This document shows, piece by piece, positions 57,332 through 64,000 of a stretch of 64,000 nt of DNA. Position numbers and translations under genes: made by a program. Below the pieces are notes generated by a model, which searched no databases, had not been told where the DNA came from, and worked only from the letters and a program-made list of their open reading frames with translations. The DNA lies in NCBI GenBank assembly GCA_965242525.1, contig OZ251459.1, forward strand, positions 3,200,001 to 3,264,000, read 5' to 3'. Origin of the DNA: an uncultured Candidatus Binatia bacterium. GTDB lineage: Bacteria > Desulfobacterota > Binatia > UBA9968 > JAJDTQ01. Position 1 is the stretch's first letter. Each line of letters begins with the position of its first letter.

Positions 57332-57400
57332 GGCCCGGCAAACGTTCCCCGATGCCTACGGAACGTCCAGCCCGTTCCGGCTCGATTTCCCTCTCCACAT

Positions 57401-57467
57401 GGGAAAGCGCGTCCTTCGGAAAACGGGTCCTTCGACTTCGCTTCGCTACGCTCAGGACGAACGGGGG
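57401..57467 (-). repeat. REP family B copy downstream of the MmeI-like gene, inverted relative to 54445
   Basis: GTCCTTCGACTTCGCTTCGCTACGCTCAGGACGAACGGGGG. Confidence 0.88.
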
Positions 57468-57606
57468 CGGTCGCTCCGCCTTTCCATCCAGTTCGATGGT
57501 TGTTCCGCCCTTCCAGCTTGGTGGTTGCTCCGTCCTTCTCCAGTAAGGTAGAAGGCGAAGGGGGAGCAAAAAGGAGCAGCGGTCATTGCTCCGCAGACGC
57601 CTGCCC

Positions 57607-57802
57607 CGTCATTCCCGCGAAAGCATGTCCTCGCGGAAGCGGGGGCGGGAATCCATCCACTTTCCTCGCTCTTGTTGTAGAAACCTCTCATACGGGGCGC
57701 TATGGGGTTTGCTCGCAGGGTCTGGATTCCCGCTTTCGCGGGAATGACGAGACGGGGCTTTCGCGGGGATGACGGGATGGGAAGTGTCGCAACCCACACG
57801 AA
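57607..57802. repeat. REP family A inverted doublet plus conserved tail
   Basis: The left copy carries an internal insertion; the right copy and tail match about 3013-3092. Confidence 0.88.
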
Positions 57803-57858
57803 TTCCTGAAGCGCCCTTTTCTCTCCGGATAGCGCCCTTCCGGGTTGTCCGGGACCGC

Positions 57859-59085
57859 TCAGAGCACGCGCCACCAGGGGGCGGCGAGCACGTCCGGGGC
57901 CAGCCACTCGACCGCGGCCCCGGTGTGCAGCAACAGGCCCGCCCTGGCGGCGTTGCCGTACTCGGCGCGAAAGGCTCGCAGGTGGGCCGCGTCACGGAGA
58001 CGCGGGCGTCGCGTCGCCTTGACTTCGATGGGCAGCAGCCGGTTCCCGGCCTCGACCACGAAGTCCACCTCCTCGCCCGCCGCGGTGCGCCAGTAGAGGA
58101 CCTCGGCCCGGTCGAGCCGCGAGTCGCGCCAAGCCAGGATGTCGTGCAGCACGAGGTTCTCCAGGAAGGCGCCCGCGGGTTCCGCCTCCTGGGCGAGATG
58201 CAGGGCCACTCCGGTGTCGCCCCAGTACAGCTTGGGAGACTTGATCAGACGCTTGGTGCGGTTGACCGCATAGGCGGGAAGCCGCACGAGCAGGTACGAG
58301 GTTTCGAGCAGGTTGAGGTAGCGGCTCACGGTGGGTTGAGGCAGCGCGGCGTCGCGGCCAAGCTCCGTCTGGTTGACGAGTTGGCCCACGCGGAGACAGG
58401 CCGCCCGCATCAGCCGGCGGAAGTCGGGCAGTGACGAGATGGCGGAGAGGTTCCGCAGGTCGCGCTCCAGGTAGGTGCGCACGTAGCCGTCGAACCAGAC
58501 CGCTCGGTCGTGGTGCGTCCCGAGTTGGAGGGTCGGCGACGGGAAGCCCCCGCGCCGCGCCGTCTCGCGCCAGTCCTCCGGTTCTCCGGGCTGCGCGGCC
58601 ACCAAGTCGAGCCATTCCTCGTCGCGGGTTTCGAGGAGCTCCTCCCAGACGCCTCCTCGCCCCAGGCCGCGCTGCTCCCGTTGCGTCATCGGCCAGAGCG
58701 TCACGTAGCTTGCCCGGCCGGCGAGCGACTCGGAGATGCGGTGCATGAGGAGCAGGTTGGCCGACCCGGTGAGCAGGAATCGCCCCGGCTGGCGCTTCCG
58801 GTCGATGGCGCGCTTCACTGCGTGCAGGAGGTCCGGCACGCGCTGCACTTCGTCGAGGGTCACGGGCTGGACGCCGCCCAGCAGCGCCTCGGGGTCGCGC
58901 CGCGCCGCGTCCGCCACGTCGAGGTCGTCCAGCGAGAGGAACCGCCGACGGCTCCCCGGCGTCAAACGCTGCGCCAGCGTGCTCTTTCCGGTCTGGCGGG
59001 CGCCCGTCAGCACCACCGCGGGCATGACGCGGAGACGGTCTTCGAGGCTCGATGCAGCCAGACGCGGAAGGGCAGGATCATTCAT
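57859..59085 (-). CDS. AAA+ ATPase with DUF4143 (PD-(D/E)xK-like) C-terminus
   Basis: GARQTGKS, LDEVQR, LTGSA, ESLAGR, GGFP, KSPKLY, EVDFV..IEVK. Confidence 0.92.
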   Translation of the reverse strand: MNDPALPRLAASSLEDRLRVMPAVVLTGARQTGKSTLAQRLTPGSRRRFLSLDDLDVADAARRDPEALLGGVQPVTLDEVQRVPDLLHAVKRAIDRKRQPGRFLLTGSANLLLMHRISESLAGRASYVTLWPMTQREQRGLGRGGVWEELLETRDEEWLDLVAAQPGEPEDWRETARRGGFPSPTLQLGTHHDRAVWFDGYVRTYLERDLRNLSAISSLPDFRRLMRAACLRVGQLVNQTELGRDAALPQPTVSRYLNLLETSYLLVRLPAYAVNRTKRLIKSPKLYWGDTGVALHLAQEAEPAGAFLENLVLHDILAWRDSRLDRAEVLYWRTAAGEEVDFVVEAGNRLLPIEVKATRRPRLRDAAHLRAFRAEYGNAARAGLLLHTGAAVEWLAPDVLAAPWWRVL

Positions 59086-59088
59086 GCG

Positions 59089-59107
59089 GTGAATGATAAT
59101 CATTCAC
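59089..59107. promoter_or_regulatory. Perfect 9-1-9 palindrome with a Fur-box-like core at the start of the AAA gene
   Basis: GTGAATGAT-A-ATCATTCAC. Confidence 0.55.
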
Positions 59108-59195
59108 GGCATGAATGACAATGCCAAACGGGAACGCGCCGAATCGAGGTCTGCGACGCGGCGGCTCCCTTGCGGAGTTCGAGGAGGAGAGTCAG

Positions 59196-59340
59196 GGAAA
59201 CCCTGAACAATCGAGACATCCAGGACGGATTCCCGCTTCCCTCGCCATGACGCCCCTATCCCCGTTCGTCCTGAGCGTAGCGAAGCGAAGTCGAAGGACG
59301 CGCTCTTCCCCCCTGTCTGTCTCGATTGTTCAGGGTTTCC
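59196..59340. mobile_element. MITE-like unit: perfect 23-bp TIRs enclosing a REP family B copy
   Basis: GGAAACCCTGAACAATCGAGACA...TGTCTCGATTGTTCAGGGTTTCC. Confidence 0.72.
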
Positions 59341-59377
59341 TCAGTCGAGTGTGGGAGTTTTCCTGCCCGCGGGGCGC

Positions 59378-62300
59378 CTACCAGCGCCAGCGGGTATAGA
59401 GGGTGAGGCTGTTGGTCCTGCCGCCGCCGGCCCGTGTCTCGTGTTGGCCCTCCAGGTCCATGGCCATGGCCTTCCCCAACTTCATCCGGCTGCCCAGACG
59501 GTAGCCTCGGCGCCCCGGTCCGCTGATGGACACGCCGCCGTAGGGGGTCAGCAGGCCCGCGCCTTGGTGCGTCACCACTCCGTAGCCCACGTCCAGGTCC
59601 AGGCGCTGCGCGGATAGCCCCCGCGCCGCGTCATCGGGGTCCACGCCGGCCCGCAACCCCGACGGGCCGCGCCACATCTCCTCCAGTCGGCTCCCCTGTG
59701 CGCCCCACACCGGCGCCATGGTGAACCACAGACCTCCGCCGAACTCTCCCGGGTCCAGCCGCAGGGTCACGCTCGCGCCCCATTCGTCGAAGGACGACTC
59801 CTCGTGGAGCAGCAGGTACCGGCCCCGGGCCTCGACACTCAAGCCCAACTCCGTGTCCGCGAACTCCAGGCCGCCCCCCAACTCCGCGCCCAGACCCGTC
59901 TCCGCGTCGCCGCGGTCCCACCGGCCCCCGATCTCCAGGAACGGCGTCACCTGCGAGACCTCCGAGACCGGCCACGCGGTCCGGCCTTCCAGCATCAGCC
60001 GCATCCGTTGGGCATCGCCCGAGGCCTTCGGCAGCCCCTGTGCGGCGCCGACCTCCAGTCCGGCCAGGAAGGCGTCGGCCTTCATCGCCAAGTCGATCTT
60101 CCGCCAGGTGAACAACTCCTGCCGGGCGCCCACCGAGGCCAACAGCATCTCCAGGTCGGAATCCGCCTTCCCGGCCTCGTCCTCCAGGTCGGTATCGCCC
60201 CAGCCCGCACCCAGCAGACCCCACACGCCCAAGCCGGAGCGCGGGGTCCAGTGCACGTAGGGCAGCACGCTGGTCAGGCCCACGTCCACCTTGCCCCTGG
60301 TCACTCCGGTGGTCTCGTAGTCCACGTCGCCCCAGCTTTGGGCCAGCGCCATGCCCAGCAACACGTCCCGGCGCATGCGGTAGTCGAGGCCCACGTAGCC
60401 GGTGAACACGTCGCCGTCCATGGTGAAGCCGTCCACGGGCCGACCGCCGAACCCGTTGGCCGTGCCCCGGCCCCACAATGTCCAGCCCGTGGTCCGGCCC
60501 CGGGACTCCCGGTCGCTCAACGGCAGCTCGAACCGGCTCCCGGCCAGTATCCCCGCCGCGGACACCTGCCGCCGGCGCCACGTCCGTCCGTCCCTCCCGG
60601 CCCACGGGCCGGCCGCGGCATCGAAGTCGCGCCAGACCGTGGAAGCAGGCGGACCCGCAGGGTCGTCCCACGCGCCGTTGCCTGCCGCGGACGAGTGGAC
60701 CTCCACGCCCAGGACCCGCGCCATGCCGAAGACCATGTCCGCGGCGCCGTCGCGCCCCCCGGGGTCCAGCCGCAGCCGCTGCCCGCCCACGACCGCCTGC
60801 GCCTCCGAAGGCGCACCCGTGAACCGCCCGCCGATGACATCCACCGCGTCCGTCGCCAGCGTGCGGCCCACTCCCGCCAGCACCATGTGCAGCGCCCGAT
60901 GGCGCGCGCCCTCCGTGTCGTCGTCCGTGATCGTCACCGTTCCCGAAGCCGCCTGCGGGTCCGGCTCGGCGTTGGTGGCCTCCGTCAGCCGCACCCGGAA
61001 CGTCTCCGGGGGCTCCACCCGCAGGTCGTCCAGGGTCTCCACCCGCAACGTCTTCTCCCGGTCGCCCGGCCGGAACGTCAGGCGCCCGTCCGCAGCGCGG
61101 TAGTCCTCCCCCGCCTCGGCCGTACCGTCCTCCGTGGCCCACCTCACCGTCACCAGGACTTCGGAGGGCTCGTCCAGCACCACCCGCAGCTCCGCAACTT
61201 CGCCTTCCACCGCGGCGGCGGCCCCTGCGGCCCCTATCGTCGAGGCCCTCGTGACCGACGCGACGGCCTTGCGGTAGGGCGTGCCGGTAACCTCGGCGTA
61301 TTCGTCGCCGTGGCCGTTGGCGAACATGGGGGTGACGCGCACGGTGTACATGACGCCGGGGTCGAGGTCCTCGATGGTGTAGGTGACCCGGTTGGCCTCG
61401 GCGTAGGGGGTAGCCCGGACCGAGGAGATGGAACGCAGGGCGCTGGCGCGGTCGTCTTCGACGGAGATGCAGGTCCGCCCTTCGGGGACGCATCTGTCTT
61501 CCCGGTCCGGGTCGCCGCCGTACTCCTGTGCGTCGGACCTCCACTGTACGCGGTAACCGGTCGCGTCGGGGACCCTCAGCCACGATACGTCCAGGCTCGC
61601 CGCTCCCGGCGTCACGGACGCGGTGATCTGGTCCAGCGGCGCGCCGGTGGCCTCGGCAGAGGGGGCGCCGGCGTAAAAGGTCCCGAAGTCCGGCTTGACC
61701 CGCACCGTGTACGCGACGCCGGGGGTGAGGCCGGGAATCGTGTAGCTCCTCGTGTTCACGCCGCTCACCACGCGGTGCCGGTCCATGCCGGGGACGTCGG
61801 CGTAGTCCGCCGCGTACTTGTAGGTCACGGTGTCGCTCCAGTGTTGCGCGCCGGACCTCCACTGCACCTTGTAGCCCTGGGGTTTGGTGCGCGTCTTCGA
61901 GTTCTCGGCGTCCGGCAAAGGGTCCCAGGCGACCGTCAGTTGTCCCGGCCCGGGCGTTACCCTCACGTTCTGCACCTGCCATTGCCGCGCCTGCTCCACG
62001 TCTCCTCCCCACACCGTGACGCCCCTTCCTCGAAGGGTCGCGATATGGCCGGCGGCGTCGGCGTTCAGGGTCGTAACGTCGTCCAGCGAGACGATGTCCC
62101 CGGAACTCAATCCCGAGTTGAGGACCAGCGGCGAGATGTCTTCGACGCCGATGGCGTCGAGATCGAAATAGTAGATGCTGGTCATGCCGCTCAACGGCGA
62201 GAGGTCGCGGAGTCGATAGTTTTCCTGGAGTGTCAGGCGGGTCAGGGACGTCATCCCCCGGAGCGGCTCGATGTTCGTGATCCGGTTGCCGGCGAGGGTC

Positions 62301-63094
62301 AGCCGATCCAGGCCGGTGAGGCCGGCGAGGGGGGTGAGGTCCGAGATCCGGTTGTCGCTGAGGTATAGCCGGGTCAGGCCGGTGAGGCCGGCAAGGGGGC
62401 TGAGGTCCGAGATCCGGTTCACGGTGAGGCTTAGCTGCCTCAGGTTGGTGAGGCCGGCAAGGGGGGTGAGGTCCGAGATCCGATGGCTCTCGGGGAGTTG
62501 CAGGATTTGCAGGTTGGTGAGACCGGCGATCGGCGTGAGGTCCTGGAGGTCGGCATGTATGAGCGTCAGCTCGGTCAGGGAAGTCAGGCCGGCGAGGGGG
62601 GCGAGGTCCGAGATGGGATGATACCGGAGCCGCACGCGGGTCAGCCCGGTGGCGTGCTCCAGCCCCGTCAGATCGTGGATGCGGCCGGCCACGTTGAACT
62701 GGTCCGAGAAGGGGCCCACGAGCTGCAGGCAGCCGGTGGGGTCCGCATAGATGCAGGTCCTCAGCCCCGCCATGTCCGCGTGGGTGATGGTCGCTCCGCT
62801 GGCCTTGTTCAGCGCCGCCTCCACCTTCGCCCGCAAGTTGGCGTCGGGGATGTGCACCGGGTCGGTGGGCTGGGCCCCCGCGCCGGTATGCGCCGCAGCC
62901 TCATGCGCGGGCGCCGCGAACGAGACCACGACCGCAACGGCCCACAGCGCGAGCAGGACGCGAAGGGAACGCCCGGGGTTTCGACCCGCGGCGGCGCAAC
63001 CCCTTATCGGGGGGGGGGGGGGGGGGGCAGTGCATTCGGAAATCCCTTGCATGGTCGTCATGGCGTCCTCGGCTTGCCGGAGGTTGGTATCCAT
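59378..63094 (-). CDS. Autotransporter-like surface protein: internalin-type LRRs, two Fn3 domains, Calx-beta, C-terminal beta-barrel (start could be 63061)
   Basis: IPDANLRA cap, 22-aa LRRs (ISDLTPLAGLTNL), GYKVQWRSG..YTIPGLTPGVAYTVRV, TEDGTAEAGEDY..LTF..E.F, terminal aromatic YTRWRW. Confidence 0.85.
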   Translation of the reverse strand: MDTNLRQAEDAMTTMQGISECTAPPPPPPIRGCAAAGRNPGRSLRVLLALWAVAVVVSFAAPAHEAAAHTGAGAQPTDPVHIPDANLRAKVEAALNKASGATITHADMAGLRTCIYADPTGCLQLVGPFSDQFNVAGRIHDLTGLEHATGLTRVRLRYHPISDLAPLAGLTSLTELTLIHADLQDLTPIAGLTNLQILQLPESHRISDLTPLAGLTNLRQLSLTVNRISDLSPLAGLTGLTRLYLSDNRISDLTPLAGLTGLDRLTLAGNRITNIEPLRGMTSLTRLTLQENYRLRDLSPLSGMTSIYYFDLDAIGVEDISPLVLNSGLSSGDIVSLDDVTTLNADAAGHIATLRGRGVTVWGGDVEQARQWQVQNVRVTPGPGQLTVAWDPLPDAENSKTRTKPQGYKVQWRSGAQHWSDTVTYKYAADYADVPGMDRHRVVSGVNTRSYTIPGLTPGVAYTVRVKPDFGTFYAGAPSAEATGAPLDQITASVTPGAASLDVSWLRVPDATGYRVQWRSDAQEYGGDPDREDRCVPEGRTCISVEDDRASALRSISSVRATPYAEANRVTYTIEDLDPGVMYTVRVTPMFANGHGDEYAEVTGTPYRKAVASVTRASTIGAAGAAAAVEGEVAELRVVLDEPSEVLVTVRWATEDGTAEAGEDYRAADGRLTFRPGDREKTLRVETLDDLRVEPPETFRVRLTEATNAEPDPQAASGTVTITDDDTEGARHRALHMVLAGVGRTLATDAVDVIGGRFTGAPSEAQAVVGGQRLRLDPGGRDGAADMVFGMARVLGVEVHSSAAGNGAWDDPAGPPASTVWRDFDAAAGPWAGRDGRTWRRRQVSAAGILAGSRFELPLSDRESRGRTTGWTLWGRGTANGFGGRPVDGFTMDGDVFTGYVGLDYRMRRDVLLGMALAQSWGDVDYETTGVTRGKVDVGLTSVLPYVHWTPRSGLGVWGLLGAGWGDTDLEDEAGKADSDLEMLLASVGARQELFTWRKIDLAMKADAFLAGLEVGAAQGLPKASGDAQRMRLMLEGRTAWPVSEVSQVTPFLEIGGRWDRGDAETGLGAELGGGLEFADTELGLSVEARGRYLLLHEESSFDEWGASVTLRLDPGEFGGGLWFTMAPVWGAQGSRLEEMWRGPSGLRAGVDPDDAARGLSAQRLDLDVGYGVVTHQGAGLLTPYGGVSISGPGRRGYRLGSRMKLGKAMAMDLEGQHETRAGGGRTNSLTLYTRWRW
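63009..63027. repeat. G19 homopolymer (C19 on the coding strand) inside the autotransporter 5' region
   Basis: Read directly; encodes PPPPPP before the hydrophobic signal region. Confidence 0.85.
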
Positions 63095-63309
63095 CGGGTT
63101 TGCTCCTCTCCGGTCCGCCTTGGCCTTCGTCCACCCCGGAACCGGCCGCGAGTCGATGACGGAAAGGGAGACGGAACATAAGGACAACTCTTCATCTTGT
63201 CAAGGCCGAAACGCCGCCGCGCCGCCCGGACCCTATAGTTTTCCGGCCGCCGGCCGATCAGTCAGTTTTCAAGGGGTCGAAAAGGGGGAACCTCGTCGGA
63301 GCAAGGCGT

Positions 63310-64000
63310 ATGGAACGGTCCATGGGAGAGATCCTGGTTCGCGCAGGGGTCATCACCCGCGAGGAGCAGGAGAGGGCGGCAGCGGTGCAGCGGCGAACCG
63401 GCGCCAACTTGGTGGCGGCCCTGGTCCGGGACGGCGCCGCGGACGAGGACCGGCTCATGGCGTTCGTGGCCGAACGGTTCGGCCTCGACGAGACGGACCT
63501 GGGGCCGGCCGACATCGACGATGCGGCCCTCGGCCTGCTGCCGCTCCCCCTCATACAGAAGCGCCGCATGATCCCCTTCGCGCGCGCGGGTTCGGTGCTC
63601 CACATGGCCATGAGCGACCCCACGGACCTTGCGGCCATGGACGAGGTGCGGTTCCTGACGGGCTGTGACGTGCGGGTGAGGTTGGCGCGTCCGTCCACCA
63701 TCCAGAACGTCCTCAACGACCGCTTCGGCTCCCTGAGCTACGACGCGGTGCTGCGCAACGTGGCGCCGGAGAAGTCCGGCGAGGACCCCGCGGGAGAAGA
63801 GGGCCGGGCCGCCGCGGCCTCCGCCGAGGCCGCCGCGGAGACGCCGGTGGTGGCCCTGGTGGACGCGCTGATGAAGGACGGGGTCATGCGCCGCGCCAGC
63901 GACATCCACGTGGAGCCCTACGAAGAGAGCGTCCGCATCCGCTTCCGGATCGACGGGGTGCTGCAGGAGATCATGACCCCGCCGCCCGCGCTGAAGCAGG
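63310..64000 (+). CDS. pilB: PilB/GspE-family secretion ATPase (runs off the window end)
   Basis: Manual translation: MERSMGEILVRAGVIT (MshEN-like), AMSDP, RASDIHVEPYE..RIRFRIDGVL. Confidence 0.85.
   Translation, partial: MERSMGEILVRAGVITREEQERAAAVQRRTGANLVAALVRDGAADEDRLMAFVAERFGLDETDLGPADIDDAALGLLPLPLIQKRRMIPFARAGSVLHMAMSDPTDLAAMDEVRFLTGCDVRVRLARPSTIQNVLNDRFGSLSYDAVLRNVAPEKSGEDPAGEEGRAAAASAEAAAETPVVALVDALMKDGVMRRASDIHVEPYEESVRIRFRIDGVLQEIMTPPPALKQ

Noticed and set aside
62280-62620. Regular 66-bp repeats as a possible CRISPR array
   Set aside because: They are in-frame leucine-rich repeats of the autotransporter

Overview
GC-rich bacterial chromosomal segment, probably from a Binatia/'Deltaproteobacteria'-type organism. 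The LRR/Fn3/Calx-beta autotransporter, the density of R-M and TA genes and the TAXI/P450/amidohydrolase content suggest a host-associated symbiont such as a sponge symbiont (inference). Core blocks are: a CoxMSL-like molybdo-flavoenzyme, a TAXI-TRAP transporter, a Fur/Zur-linked metal uptake operon with a His/Glu-rich outer-membrane protein, grpE-dnaK-dnaJ-lon-thiL-larB-archease-HD, recO-glyQS-ppdK and a partial pilB. Small accessory islands lie between these blocks. They hold four R-M loci, HigBA, an AAA-DUF4143 ATPase and several internally deleted TA/ATPase remnants, and they often abut CGTC-type REP palindromes. The most unusual element is an apparent operon of a SAM methyltransferase, an Stf3-like sulfotransferase and a GPP34(GOLPH3-like)-cytochrome P450 fusion (50339-54220). 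Other notable items are an MmeI-like gene enclosed by nested inverted REPs, a G19 tract inside the 5' end of the autotransporter, and an archease lacking its canonical metal-binding motifs. All family calls come from motif recognition by eye; no database search was run.
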